From an uncultured delta proteobacterium (GTDB lineage: Bacteria; Myxococcota; Myxococcia; Myxococcales; Myxococcaceae), in NCBI GenBank assembly GCA_963771175.1, contig CAVYSY010000058.1:1-64000 (forward strand): DNA of 64,000 nucleotides, in the 5' to 3' direction. The notes beneath the pieces are model-generated. The model saw only the letters and a program-made list of their open reading frames with translations. It ran no database searches and was not told where the DNA came from. This document shows, one piece after another, positions 52,923-64,000 of this stretch. Made by a program: the position numbers and the translations under genes. Within the stretch, counting starts at the first letter, position 1, and the number at the start of each line of letters is the position of its first letter.

Positions 52923-54571
52923 TCAGCGAGCGGCGGGGGGCGCCGACGGTGGAGCCGGCTCGGCGGGTGGCGGCGGCGCGGGCGTTGGTGGCGGCGCGGG
53001 CTCGGCGGGGCGGCGGCGCGGCGTTGGTGGCGGCGCGGGCGTTGGTGGCGGCGCGGGCTCGGCGGGTGGCGGCGGCGCGGGCGTTGGTGGCGGCGCGGGT
53101 CGGCGGGTGGCGACGCGGGCTCGGCGGGTGGTGGCGACGCGGGCGTTGGAGTCGGCCCGGGCTCGGCGGGTGGCGGCGGCGCGGGCGTTGGTGGCGGCGC
53201 AGGCTCGGCGGGTGGGGGCGACGCAGGCGTTGGAGTCGGCGCGGGCGTGGGAGTCGGCGCGGGCTCGGCGGGTGGCGGTCGGGGGGCTGGCGTCGGAGCG
53301 GGCTCGGAAGGAGGAGGCAGCGCGGGAGTTGGAGGCGGCGCGGGCTCTGAAGTGGGATGGGGCGTCGACGGCAGGGCGGGCTCTGAAGCCGGCGGAGGCG
53401 CGGCTTCAGGGCGCGGCGGCGTCATGAGCGAAGGCGAAGGAGTGGGCTCGGAAGGTGGAGGCGGCGCAATGGGCGCAGGAGGCGGCGCCGATGGAACCGA
53501 CGGAGGCTCCGTCCCCATGGGCGGAGGCTCGGTCGGCAGCGGCGGCGGCGCTGAGGGTTGAGGAGACGACGCTGTCGACGGGGGCGGCGGCTCCGGGAAC
53601 TCGGGAAACGGCTCCGTCCCCGTGGACGGAGGTGCCGGAGACTCGGAAGGAGGCGCCGTTGGCTGGGGAGGCGGCTCCGTCGGTATCGGCGACGGTTCGG
53701 GGGGCTGCTGGGACGCATCGGAGGGCCGAGGCGGCGGCTCCGTTACTCCAGGCGGTGGCTCCGAAGGCTCTGGAGCCGGGGCCCCTGGCTCTGGGGATGG
53801 CGCTGGCGACTTGGGCTCTGGCACCGGCGGCACCGCCTGGGGCTGGATGTCGGCCCGAACCACCCGCCCTGGTGGCGGCGGCTGGACCTTCGCTTCCGGC
53901 ACCGGTTGCCCCGCGTCCTGCGCGACCTGCTTGGGGTCTGGTCCGGTGACGAACTGCTGCCCCTCCTTTACAACGGGCCGATCCACGGGCCGCGTCTCTC
54001 TCTGCAGGTGCTCGACCTCGGCCCCCTTTGCCCGATGCCTCTCGTAGCGGCCATGGGGGAAGCGCCGGACCGGCACGAAGCACCATCGGTGGGGGGACCT
54101 CCCCACTGGCCACCCTCCGTAGCTGGACGGCGGCAGGGGCGCCCAACCGATGAAGCCCCCTCCGTACCGCCACTCCACCCAGCCCGGCCCCCACGTCGTC
54201 CCGGGCGTCCACAGCCACCCCCAGTTCGGGTGAAGGAACCAGCGCCCGTAATGGAACGGCGCCCACCCCCACGGGAAGGAGCTGACGAACACCCAGCCGT
54301 AGCCGCTGCTCGCCCAGTAGCCGTCACTCACGTACGGCATGAAACCCGGCCCCACCACCGCCACCGCGGGCCTCCACACCCGCCCGTAGGGCGACACGTC
54401 CACCCAGTCCCCGTACGGCGATAGCGTCCGCTCGAAGTCCGCGTACACGCCCATCGACACCGGGCTCGTCAGCGGCACCGGTTGGACCGCCACGCACCCG
54501 CCCGAGCCGCTCAGCGCGACAACTCCGCTCCATGCCAGCACGAGCAACCGTCTGAGGCCCAGCCTCGCCAT
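52923..54571 (-). CDS. Secreted/lipoprotein with W/Y/G-rich N-domain (DUF6600-like) and long Pro-rich repeat tail; indels in tail
   Basis: LSPYGDWV..WRP..PYVSDGYW..WGWAPFHYGRW..WGPGWVEWR..IGWAPLPP, followed by PPAEPAPPPTPAP repeats. Confidence 0.75.
52950..53345. repeat. Tandem Pro-rich coding repeats (PPTPAP / PPAEPA units)
   Basis: Recurrent gcgggcgttggtggcggc and gcgggctcggcgggtggc units. Confidence 0.85.
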
Positions 54572-54743
54572 CCCCGTCTCCCGAGACGCGCGCGCTCCCC
54601 TCCCGGATGCCGCTATCCATCTGCCTCCAACCTGGGCAGCGGCGCACAAGATGGCCGCACCGCCTCGCCCCCCTGGTCGCCCTCCAGTGGAGCCTCATCA
54701 CACGACCTTCGCGGCCTTCTGGCCCGCCTTCGCGCCCTGGCGC

Positions 54744-55208
54744 TCACGCGCTCACGCGCTTGATTACCTCCAAGGCCTCGGTGATGTGCCGTTTGGCGTT
54801 CAGCTGGGAGTTGAACACGTGCTGGACGATCCCGTTCGCGTCAATCACATAGGTGACCCGGCCCGGCATCAGTCCGAACAGCGAGCGCGGTACTCCATAG
54901 CTCTCGCGCAGTGAACCGTTCTCGTCGCTCACCAGGGTGAACGGCAGCCGGTGATGCGAGGCGAAGGACTCATGGGACGCGGCCGAGTCCGCGCTCACGC
55001 CGATCACCTCGGCACCCGCCTGGGTGAAGGATTCGTAGCTGTCGCGGAAGGAGCAGGCCTGGGCCGTGCACCCCGGCGTCTCGTCCTTTGGATAGAAGTA
55101 GAGGACAACCGCCTTCTTCTTCCGCAGCAGTTCCTGGAGGCTGGTCTGCGTGCCGTCCTTCTGGGGAAAATCGAAATTCGGGGCTGTGTCACCGACCTGG
55201 ATGGCCAT
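54744..55208 (-). CDS. bcp: Peroxiredoxin, BCP/PrxQ type
   Basis: LYFYPKDETPGCTAQACSFRD..GRVTYVID. Confidence 0.9.
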   Translation of the reverse strand: MAIQVGDTAPNFDFPQKDGTQTSLQELLRKKKAVVLYFYPKDETPGCTAQACSFRDSYESFTQAGAEVIGVSADSAASHESFASHHRLPFTLVSDENGSLRESYGVPRSLFGLMPGRVTYVIDANGIVQHVFNSQLNAKRHITEALEVIKRVSA

Positions 55209-55348
55209 GGGGCTCCTGGGGACGCGGGAAATCGCGCCTCCAGATAACGGCCGGCGTCAGCGCATTCAATCCTCATCTGGAGATGAGGGCCCTTGAACCC
55301 GCCGCCGTGGGGCCGGAACCCCACGGCGCGTCTTCACGCGGGAGCTGG

Positions 55349-57128
55349 CTACTCCTCCTCGGGTGGGGCCTCCATGTACTCGGGGGCGTTGATGCCCAGC
55401 AGCGCGAAGGCACTCCGCAGCGTCTGCTTCAGCGCCGCCACCATCGCGAGCCGGCCCTGCGTCTTCTCCGCGTCGCCGCTGATGATCGGGTCCGTCTTGT
55501 ACTTCGTGTAGTAGCTGTGGAAGTCCGTGATCAGCTCCTGGCAGAAGTACAGCACGTGGTGCGGCTCGAGCCGCTCGGCCGCGCTGGCCACCACGTCCGG
55601 GAGCTGGCTCATCTTCTTCAGCATCGCCAGCTCCTCGGGCAGCGTGAGCCGGGCCAGGTGTGCCGGGGTGAGCCCCTCCACCCCCACGAACGGCTGCCCC
55701 TTCTCCACCGCCTTCTTCAGGATGCTCGCGCACCGCGCGTGGCCATACTGGAAGTAGAAGACCGGGTTGTCCTTCGACTGCTTCTGCACCAGGTCCAGGT
55801 CGAAGTCGAAGCGCGCGTTCGCCGTCTTCATCAGGAAGAGGAACCGGCACACGTCCGGACCCACCTCCTGGATGAGATCCTCCAGCTCGAAGACCGTGCC
55901 CTTGCGCTTGCTGACCTTCACCTCCTCGCCGCCGCGAGTGATCCGCACGATCTGCACCAGCAGGAACTCGAGCCGCTTCGGATCCAACCCGAGCAGGATG
56001 GTCCCCGCCCTGATGCGCGGCGTGTGCCCGGCATGGTCCGCGCCCAGCACGTCGATGATGCGGTCGAAGCCCCGGTCGTACTTCTCCTTGTGGTACGCCG
56101 AGATCCGCCGTCAGGTACACCGGCGTCCCGTCCTGCCGGAGAATCACACGGTCCTCGTCGTCCCCGTGCTGGCTCGTCATCAGGAACGTGCCGCCCCGCT
56201 GCCGATCCGTGTACTGGGCCGCCTTGCTGTCCTCGCTCCGGACCTTCTCCGTCTCGCGCCGAGCCTCCGCGGCCTCGTACGTCGCGCCGCGCTTCTTGTA
56301 CTCCTCGGCGACCGCCGCCACCTTGCCCGCCGCGTGCAGCGAAGCCTCGCTGAAGAACACGTCGTGCCGGATGTTCGCCTGCTCCAGCGACGCCTTGATG
56401 GCCTTCAGGTTCTCGCGGACTCCCACCGCGATCGCCGCGGGCAGCCACTCGGACTCCGGCGCCGTCAAGTACCCCTCGCCCACCTCCTCCTTCCACGTCT
56501 TGGCGATGTCGATGACGTACTCGGCCGGGTACTCCCCCTCGCCGAGTTGGATCTGCTCGCCGAAGAGCTGCCGGTAGCGCTTGTAGACCGTCCGGCCCAG
56601 CGTCTCCACCTGCTTGCCGTAGTCGTTGATGTAGAACTCGCGCGTCACGTCGTGCCCGGCTGCCTCCAGCAGCCGCGACACCGCGTCTCCCATGAAGGCC
56701 CCGCGCGCGTGGCCGATGTGCACCGGGCCCGTCGGGTTCGCCGAGACGAACTCCACCATGACGCGCTTGCCCGTCGACTTCGGCGCCTGCCGCCCGAACG
56801 TCTCCCCGGCCCGCAGCACCTCGGCCGCCACCTGCTGGATGACCTGCTGCTTCAGCGTGAAGTTGAGGAAGCCCGGGCCCGCCACCTCCACCTTTTCGAT
56901 GATGCCCGCCGTGTCCACCAGCCCCTTCACGATGGCGTTCGCGATGTCCCGGGGCGGCTTGCCCTCGGGCTTCGTGAGCAGCATCGCCACGTTGACCGCC
57001 CAGTCACCGTGGGCCACGTTCTTCGGAGGCTCCACCGTGTAGCCCGGAACCTGCTCCAGCTTGAGCGTGCCCGCGGCCTTCAGCGCCGCGAGCGTTTCAT
57101 TGATGAGAGCGAAAACCTTCTGCCGCAT
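55349..57128 (-). CDS. argS: Arginine--tRNA ligase; frameshift near 56100
   Basis: EFVSANPTGPVHIGHARGA, EFYINDYG, LGADH, SKRKG, NPVFYFQY.HAR and the anticodon-binding domain. Confidence 0.97.
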
Positions 57129-57194
57129 GGTGACGTCTTTTCTCCGAGTAACGGGCTTTGGGGCCGCGCAATATAGGCAGAACCGCCGAGGGTT

Positions 57195-58775
57195 TCACTG
57201 CTCGCGCAGGACGAGCAACCCGCGCAGGGTGTCCACCGCGTAGATGAACCCATCACCGGGGACGCGGATGCCGATGGCTCCAGAGAAGTAGTAGCCCGGC
57301 TCACCGGCGCTCTCCCTCCAGGTGTTGTAGTAGGCCACCTGCGTGGGCTGGGTGGGGTTGGAGACGTCCAGCACGCGCACGCCCTCCTGGTACCAGGCGA
57401 TGTAGAGCTTCTTGCCCACCAGCACCAGGTTGTGAATGGAGATTTCGGGGCGGAGCTGGAACTCGCCGATCTTCACGATCTTCGCCGGGTCCGTGACATC
57501 GAGCACGCGCAGGTGCTCTCCCGAGCCCTCGCCACCCTCGAAGGCGATGGTGCGGCCGCCGAAGGTGCCCACGGCGTTGTGGTGGGCGTACTGCAGGGGA
57601 TAAGTGAAGCTGCCGAGCGTGCGGATGGCGTTCGGGTCGCTCACGTCGGCCACCACGAGGCCATCGAAGCTGGAGCTGATGTAGAGCCGGTCGCCCGTGG
57701 CGAACATGTCGTGAGGGAACCCCCCGATGCGGTTGAGCTCGACGGGCTGAGTGGGCGTGGTGACGTCGAAGAGGATGACCCCCATGACGTCCGCGGCGTA
57801 GAGGCGGTTGCCCTCGACGAAGACGGTGTGGACGTTGCTGTTGCCGCCGGGCAGGGCGCTCAGCAGTAGCGGCTCGGCCGGATTGCTGATGTCGAAGACG
57901 AGCACGCCCCTGTTGGCACTGGCGACATAGAGCGCGTCCCCCTTGGCCCACACGCCGTTCCAGTAGGTGTCGTTCTCCATCTGGATCGTCTTCACCTTCA
58001 CGGGCGCGTCCTTGTTGCTCACATCGAAGACGGTGAGGCCGCCCTTCTTCTCCAGCCTGTTGATGGACACCACATAGGCATGGCCCTTGGTGACGTAGAC
58101 GTCCACCGGGGTGCCGAGCTCCACGGCGTTCTCGGAGACGAGCGCCAGGCCCGAGGCCTCGGACTCACCGTCGCGCCACTTCATCCGCTCGGCCTTGAAG
58201 GTCTGCTGCGAGGACACCTTCCCGTTGCGGCAGATGGCCATGCAGCCGGTGAACCCGGGAGCCTGGGGCGCCTCGCAGGTGGCGAGCATCGTGAGGACGC
58301 TACTGCCACTCACGGTGGTGAAGACGGTGGAATAGAAGCGGGCGTTTCCATCGCTCGCCAGCCCGGTGATGGGCCGGCTACTGAGGTACTGGGTGCCGCC
58401 GTCACTGCGGAGGTCGAGGGTGGCGGCACTGAAGGAGGGGGTGCTCCGGTTGGTGCGGGTGGTCAGCAGGTGCGAGCCCTCGGTGCCCGCGTTCGCGAGC
58501 GACGCGCGGTCGCAGGCCGAGAGGTCGAAGATGCTGAAGTCGGTGCAGGGGGCTCCGGCGGTGGCGGTGAAGGTGCAGGAGGAGAAGGGGCCCGTGTCCG
58601 TCCATGTGTTGCCCTTCTCCTCGAGCACAACGTAGCCACCATCCCACTCGTAGCCGGTGCTGGCATCGGGGGTGGAGGCATCCGGGGAGTCCGTGGGCTC
58701 CGCTGGCGGAGGGCAGCCGAGGAAGGAGAGAGCGCAGGCGAACAACGTGGTCCAGGAGAGGCGAGTCCAGGTCAT
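57195..58775 (-). CDS. LVIVD-repeat lipoprotein
   Basis: Lipobox FLGC and repeats such as GLTVFDVSN, GVLVFDISNP, GLVVADVSDP, GVRVLDVSNP. Confidence 0.88.
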   Translation of the reverse strand: MTWTRLSWTTLFACALSFLGCPPPAEPTDSPDASTPDASTGYEWDGGYVVLEEKGNTWTDTGPFSSCTFTATAGAPCTDFSIFDLSACDRASLANAGTEGSHLLTTRTNRSTPSFSAATLDLRSDGGTQYLSSRPITGLASDGNARFYSTVFTTVSGSSVLTMLATCEAPQAPGFTGCMAICRNGKVSSQQTFKAERMKWRDGESEASGLALVSENAVELGTPVDVYVTKGHAYVVSINRLEKKGGLTVFDVSNKDAPVKVKTIQMENDTYWNGVWAKGDALYVASANRGVLVFDISNPAEPLLLSALPGGNSNVHTVFVEGNRLYAADVMGVILFDVTTPTQPVELNRIGGFPHDMFATGDRLYISSSFDGLVVADVSDPNAIRTLGSFTYPLQYAHHNAVGTFGGRTIAFEGGEGSGEHLRVLDVTDPAKIVKIGEFQLRPEISIHNLVLVGKKLYIAWYQEGVRVLDVSNPTQPTQVAYYNTWRESAGEPGYYFSGAIGIRVPGDGFIYAVDTLRGLLVLREQ

Positions 58776-58880
58776 GAGAGGCGTTTCCCGTGAAAGAAGG
58801 GGCACGCATCGTTCCTGAGGGAGCGCTGCCGGTACAAAGCAGGGCTCCAATCGGCAAGTGTCAACCCGGGCGTTTTGAAT

Positions 58881-60482
58881 TCAGTCGAGGATGCGCAGCT
58901 CGAGCTCGGAGAGCGACCTCGACACCGGTGGGCCCCAGAGTTCCTCGGACAGCTCGAGCCCATCACGCGCGAACACCAGCATGTTCGTGCCATTGAAGAG
59001 CGGAATGGAGGAGCGCAGCGTGTATCCACCCCGCTCCCGGATTGAGCTCAACGCCCCCGCCTCGGCGGACTGGATGTGGAGGACGTGGGTGCGGGGGTCG
59101 CGCACGTCGTCGAGCGAGCTGGCGATGACGAGCGCGGGGGCACGCTGCCGGAAGTAGCGCTCGTCCCACTCCTTGCGCAGGTGGACGCCTCGCTGCCGGG
59201 CGATGTGTGCGTCGGTGAGGCCGACGAGGTCCAGCACGGAGCCCCTGAAGTGCCAACCAAAGCGGCCGATGTCCATCAGCGCCACCGTCTCGACGCCCGC
59301 TGTCTCATTGGCGACCTGACCGAGCTCCGCCCAGGCCAGCGTGGGGTACTGCGCGGCATCGTTGCGCTCCAACCGCGCGGCCACGTGGGCCCCGAGCACG
59401 CCCGCGACACCGACCCCCGCCAACCACCTCCAGCGTCCCTTCGCCAGGGCGAAGCCCGTCCCGGCCAGCACCGCGAAGGCCACCATCGTGAGGCTGAAGC
59501 GGCGATAGCCCGGCATCCAGTCCCCTCCGCTCCAGACGGTGGCGATGCCCAGCAGGAGCCCCAGGAGCAGGAGGATTCGAGTGGCCGCGACCGAACGGCG
59601 CAGGGCGGGGACGATGGCCAGAGGGCCCACCACGCCCAGCCCGAAGCCGAAGAAGTAGGACAGATAGCGAAGCCCCTTGGCCGCGTCCGGGGGCTTCGCC
59701 TGGTAGGTGTTGGGAACGAGCGCGCCGTAGTAGCTCCAGCGGAAGGCCTCGGTCGCGGCCAGGATGAGGGCAAACGGCACCAACATCCGGAGCGCCTGCT
59801 GGCGCGTGGAGCGCTGGAGCAGCAGCAGCCCACACAGCAGCAGCCCGGCGAGCACTCCCTCGGGACGGGTCATGCCGAGGAGCCCCAGGAGGATACCGCC
59901 CAGGACGGCCGTCCCGCGGCGCCCCTCCTCGAGCCGAGCGGCTTGCGAGAGGCTCCACACGAAGAGCAGCGTGAAGAGCGGCGTCTCGAGGCCGGAGAGC
60001 GCGTGGAAGGCCATGGAGCCCGAGAGCGCGAGAGCCGCTCCGGTGACGGCGGCGGCCACCCGCCCATCCCCACCGGCAGCGCTCGCGAGGCTCCCGGCGA
60101 GGCGGGCCCCGAGGGCGATCGTCGCCAGGTGGCAGACCGCACCCAGGACGCGTGCGCCAAAGATGGGATCCAACCCGGGGAGCAGCGCGATCCACGACGC
60201 CGAGAGCAGCGTCCACAGCAGGTTGGTCATGCCCTCGACCGGCGGCTGCGTGACATCGAAGGTGAGCGCCCCGTGCTCGAGCCAGTTCCGGGCGATCCGG
60301 AACGAGATCCACGCGTCGTCGATCGCGAAGTGTGGCGATGCGTAATCCACCATGCGCACGACGCCGAGGAGGAGCACCCCGAGGACCACGGTCCTCAGCC
60401 CAGGGGAGTCGGCCTCGGGCGCCGGGGACCCCCGAGGAGCCGCTGGTGGATCACCCGGGCTGAGCTGTGCGCTTCGAGTCAT
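58881..60482 (-). CDS. Polytopic membrane protein, GT-C glycosyltransferase-like
   Basis: Motifs IDDAWISFRIARN, VEGMTNLLW, SGLET, TRPEG, PNTYQAK, GGDWM..RF, DLVGLTD. Confidence 0.75.
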   Translation of the reverse strand: MTRSAQLSPGDPPAAPRGSPAPEADSPGLRTVVLGVLLLGVVRMVDYASPHFAIDDAWISFRIARNWLEHGALTFDVTQPPVEGMTNLLWTLLSASWIALLPGLDPIFGARVLGAVCHLATIALGARLAGSLASAAGGDGRVAAAVTGAALALSGSMAFHALSGLETPLFTLLFVWSLSQAARLEEGRRGTAVLGGILLGLLGMTRPEGVLAGLLLCGLLLLQRSTRQQALRMLVPFALILAATEAFRWSYYGALVPNTYQAKPPDAAKGLRYLSYFFGFGLGVVGPLAIVPALRRSVAATRILLLLGLLLGIATVWSGGDWMPGYRRFSLTMVAFAVLAGTGFALAKGRWRWLAGVGVAGVLGAHVAARLERNDAAQYPTLAWAELGQVANETAGVETVALMDIGRFGWHFRGSVLDLVGLTDAHIARQRGVHLRKEWDERYFRQRAPALVIASSLDDVRDPRTHVLHIQSAEAGALSSIRERGGYTLRSSIPLFNGTNMLVFARDGLELSEELWGPPVSRSLSELELRILD

Positions 60483-60601
60483 GGAGCCGAGCACGATGAC
60501 ACGTCGTCAAACCGGCGCTCAATGAACAACCCAATGGCACCGGTCGGACGGGCAACGGAGCCAGGGGCCGCACGCGACTCATGCGCCGCCTCGCGGCCGG
60601 C

Positions 60602-62422
60602 TCATTTGGCGCGCGGGGGCATCCCCTGAGCCGAGACCTGGACTTCCTGCCAGTCATAGCCTCTCACGAAGTCCGACACCTTGTCGGAGACGCTGCTCAC
60701 GAGCGACAGCGCATCCTCGGAGGCCCTGAGCCGCCGCAGCGTCTGATCCATCGCCTGGGACACTTCATTGATGGACTTGAAGATTTCCTCGATGCCCGTG
60801 TTCTGCTGGGACACTGCGGAAGAGATCTGCCGCACGGAGGAGCCACTCTCTCGCACCATGCTGGAGAGCTGGCGCACGCTGTTGCCGAACTCGCGCACCT
60901 GCGCGAGCCCCTCGTTGACGCGCTCGCCGCCGCGCTCGGAGATGATGACCGTCTCATTGATGGCGGTGCCGATATCCTCGAGGATGTTGCGGACATTGTC
61001 GGTCGCACGAATGGACTGGTTAGCCAGCGTGCGGATTTCGCGCGCGACCACGCCGAAGCCCTTGCCCTGCTCGCCGGAGCGCACGGCCTCGATGGCGGCA
61101 TTGAGGGCGAGCATGTTGGACTGGTCCGCCAGCCCCTTCACCGTGTCGGTGATGCCAGCGATCTGCCGGGCCTTGTCCCGGAGCTCCTGGATGTGATGGG
61201 CCATCTGCTGCACGTGCTCGCGGATGTCCTGGAGGCTGTTCACGCTGCGCTCGATGGCGTCCTCCGCGATGCGGCTGATGGCATCGGCCTGTTCCGTCTG
61301 GCGCATGACGGACTCCGCCTTTTGCGAGGCCAGCATCGAGGTCTGCTTGATTTCCTGCGCGGTGACCTGCGTCTCCTGGATGGCCGCGGCCTGACGGACG
61401 AGCACCTCGTTCTGCTCGAGCGTGGACGTCCCCAGCGCCTGGGCCGAGCCCGCCAGCGAACGGGCCGATTCACCCAGCGAGACGGAGAACCTCTTGAGGT
61501 GAATGAAGACCCTGGCCGTCGCCATCGCCAGGTCCCCCACCTCGTCCGTGCCCACCCAGTCCGGCAGCCGCGGGGAGCCAGAGGCCAGCGCCGCGACGGC
61601 CTGCTGCACGGAGAGCGCCCCCTCCGACTGGTAGCTCGCCAACCTCCAGGCGGACGCTCCCGCCGTCACCACCAGGAAGAGCCCGAGCAGCGCCAGCGGG
61701 GTCTCCACCCGATCCCACATGTTGCCCGCCAGCGTCCGCAGCGCCGGCTCGTACTGGGCGGGCGAGAGCTGGCCCGCGGTCGCCATCAGCTCGGAGATGG
61801 CGCTGTCGGCGCCCCTCACGAAGATGGTCGCCAGGATGGCACCGGTACAGACGACATACATCCCGATGAGGTAGGGCAGGTACCACTTCTGGCGGGGCCA
61901 GAAGAATCCACTCCCCTCGAGCTCGAAGCGCTGGAGCTGGTGGAACTGGGCCACCACGTAGGGACGCAGCGTCTTCTCCATGGTCAGCCGGATGTCCACC
62001 CACATGATCTGCGTCAGAAGGATGACCAGCAGGGCAGCCCAAGGACCCGTCCAGATGCTCTTCCCGTAATAGAGGCTGGGCAGCGTTGTGTAGAGGAGCG
62101 AGGCGAACGCGCCAGCCACCACGAGATTCAGCTCGATGGCCCGCGGTGCCCTCAACAGGTAGTACAATCGCCGCTCCGCCCCGTGCGCGGTCTCGTTGAA
62201 GGCGGGACGCAGCGCGGAGCGGATGCTCAGGTAGGGCACCAACAGGCCCACGGGGATGAACAGCAGGGGGAGCAGGTACGCGAGCGTGGTGCGCTGCTGC
62301 GCCTTCTCCAGGTCCATGACCAGCGCCACCATATAGGCCACGGCGGGCACGGCCGGCGTGTTGCGCACCTGGTACTGGAGGAAGAGTCTGTTGATCAGCC
62401 TGTTGAAGTCGGAAGCAGTCAT
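60602..62422 (-). CDS. Methyl-accepting chemotaxis protein with multi-TM N-terminus
   Basis: Hairpin tip [37 protein letters not shown] and HAMP-like TDEVGDLA. Confidence 0.95.
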   Translation of the reverse strand: MTASDFNRLINRLFLQYQVRNTPAVPAVAYMVALVMDLEKAQQRTTLAYLLPLLFIPVGLLVPYLSIRSALRPAFNETAHGAERRLYYLLRAPRAIELNLVVAGAFASLLYTTLPSLYYGKSIWTGPWAALLVILLTQIMWVDIRLTMEKTLRPYVVAQFHQLQRFELEGSGFFWPRQKWYLPYLIGMYVVCTGAILATIFVRGADSAISELMATAGQLSPAQYEPALRTLAGNMWDRVETPLALLGLFLVVTAGASAWRLASYQSEGALSVQQAVAALASGSPRLPDWVGTDEVGDLAMATARVFIHLKRFSVSLGESARSLAGSAQALGTSTLEQNEVLVRQAAAIQETQVTAQEIKQTSMLASQKAESVMRQTEQADAISRIAEDAIERSVNSLQDIREHVQQMAHHIQELRDKARQIAGITDTVKGLADQSNMLALNAAIEAVRSGEQGKGFGVVAREIRTLANQSIRATDNVRNILEDIGTAINETVIISERGGERVNEGLAQVREFGNSVRQLSSMVRESGSSVRQISSAVSQQNTGIEEIFKSINEVSQAMDQTLRRLRASEDALSLVSSVSDKVSDFVRGYDWQEVQVSAQGMPPRAK

Positions 62423-62510
62423 GAGCGTGTGGAGAGCGCGAAGCTTGGGTTCGGCACTGCCCTGGGCCCGCTTATCGAATCCAACATCACCGCCCCCAAG
62501 GCGCGTGAGC

Positions 62511-63411
62511 CTAGAGGAGAATCAGTGCACTTGCCAGCAGGGCGCAGTACCAGTACGTGAGCAGCAGGTAGGTGCGGTGATCCTGGGTGGACGAGTGCAG
62601 CCACACCACCCGGACGGCGATGAGCAGCGACAAGAGCGTCAGTCCCGCATCGCACATCCACACCAGCGGCCGAGCGCTGAGTGGCCGCATCAGGACGAAG
62701 TGGATGGCGACGGGCAGCACGCCGAAGAAGACGCCGAGGAACCGACGCGTGAATCGCTCGCCATATCTCTGAGGGAACGTGCACCGCCCGGCCAGGGCAT
62801 CTCCCCGCCATGTCCCGCAGATCCTGTAGGGACACCAGCGGCAGGATGACCACGGCCGGGAAGAGAATCCACCTCCACGCCTCCTCCGTCAGAGGCGTGA
62901 TGAGCTGCCAGGCGGCACCGAGCTGCACGATGATTCCCACCGACATGCAGGAATTCTTCACCACCCAGTGGCGGGACAGGTTGGCGAGGTTGTGCACCAC
63001 GATGACGAGCAGCCACAGGGCCGCGTACACGAGCACACCAAGTCCGGCACCTACCAGCAGGAACAGCGCCATCGTCACGTACAGCCGCAGGCGGGCCGCC
63101 TCGGGCGTCACCATCCCCGTCACCAGCGGGCGGTGCGGCTTGTTCGTCCTGTCCTCCTCTATCCCCGCCAGCTGGTTGGCCAGGCAGAAGGTATAGATGT
63201 AGAGCCAGAAGTAGAGCAGGCTCCTCGCCAGCACCGCGGGCAGGTGCCCCCAGACGGCGCCGTCCACCTTCCACGCCACCAGCGAGAACAGCAGGGGTGG
63301 GACCACAGCGGAGGAGAGGTCTCCCGCGATGAAGGCCCAGCTCAACCTCAGCTCGTACACCAGGGGATTCGCCGGGAACCCACGCGAATTCATGGCGGCA
63401 TGTGCGTCCAT
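62511..63411 (-). CDS. UbiA-superfamily membrane prenyltransferase/terpene-cyclase-like protein; frameshift near 62800
   Basis: Motifs [18 protein letters not shown] and QDLRDMAG. The C-terminal TM frame ends at 62511. Confidence 0.8.
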
Positions 63412-63558
63412 GATTGTTCAGCTTACCACGAAGGCCCGGAATAATGGCTTCGGGAGCAAGCCCTGACAGCCCGGCCCGAAGAGGCATCCGGGCGGGCATC
63501 GCCCCCCACCCCCTCCGGCTGGAATAATTCGAAGGTGGCGAGCCGTTGCGCCTGCCGC

Positions 63559-64000
63559 ATGCGCCCTGCACGCTCCCGCCTTCCGTTGCTGCTCGCCCTC
63601 CTGCTCCCCCTGGGAGCGAGCGCATTCTCGGTCCCCGATCACGAGACGATGACCCGGGCGTCCGTCGCTGCCGCGCTCAGGTCGGGCGTCCTGCCCCAGC
63701 TCGCGGCGCACCAGTCGACCGTGGTGGAGGGGAGCCGGGCGGAGGACCTGAACCTCCCCGTCAAGTGGACCGGCTATCACCACTTCTTCCACCCGGGCAC
63801 GTCGCTCGACTCCACCTTCCGCAAGGACTCCGGGGCCCGCGTCCGCGCGCTGTGGGCAGAGGCCGAGGAGGCCGCGAGCAACGGCGACCTCGCGCGGGCC
63901 TTCGACCGCGTCGGCCACCTGGTGCACCACATCCAGGACATGGCGGTGCCCATGCACGTGGTGCCGGTGATGCATGGGCTCTCGGACCGCTTCGAGCAGC
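63559..64000 (+). CDS. Secreted Zn-dependent phospholipase C/P1 nuclease-fold protein (partial, runs off window; not in ORF track)
   Basis: Own translation: MRPARSRLPLLLALLLPLGASAFSVPDHETMTR..ED..HHFF..GHLVHHIQDMAVPMHV. Confidence 0.75.
   Translation, partial: MRPARSRLPLLLALLLPLGASAFSVPDHETMTRASVAAALRSGVLPQLAAHQSTVVEGSRAEDLNLPVKWTGYHHFFHPGTSLDSTFRKDSGARVRALWAEAEEAASNGDLARAFDRVGHLVHHIQDMAVPMHVVPVMHGLSDRFEQ

Noticed and set aside
52755..53561. WRR/Gly-rich plus-strand ORF and tandem repeats as a separate element
   Set aside because: Antisense of the Pro-rich tail of the minus-strand gene.
55349..57128. Programmed frameshift or pseudogene in argS
   Set aside because: No slippery sequence is evident, and indels are widespread in the window, so assembly error is more parsimonious.

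Overview
High-GC myxobacterial DNA, Cystobacter/Archangium-like by inference from the mrpABC locus and the DUF2381/lipoprotein toxin modules. Housekeeping genes (truA, argS, thiolase, fadN-like, M1 aminopeptidase, bcp, Zn-free rpmG plus a COG0523 GTPase) are interleaved with accessory DNA. Many conserved genes are broken by apparent single-base indels, probably assembly errors. The strongest signal is a complete-looking retron on the minus strand. A non-coding msr/msd region (22377-22539) is bounded by a perfect 12-bp inverted repeat and contains internal hairpins. It is followed by a reverse transcriptase with NAxxH, YADD and VTG motifs and an extra N-terminal HEAT-like helical domain. That gene is translationally coupled (ATGA) to a TIGR02996-like/leucine-rich-repeat protein, a candidate unusual retron partner. 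Other notable items: a ~44% methionine protein next to an XRE-cupin regulator with a coupled microprotein; three lipoprotein toxin/immunity loci, one with the toxin internally deleted; a Ser/Thr kinase with an RHH-like tail; a HEAT-repeat/aldo-keto-reductase fusion; an ArsR-rhodanese/MFS cassette flanked by a ~130-bp duplicated gene end; and a UbiA-type terpene-cyclase-like gene upstream of a chemoreceptor. All family names come from motif recognition and recall, not from database searches.
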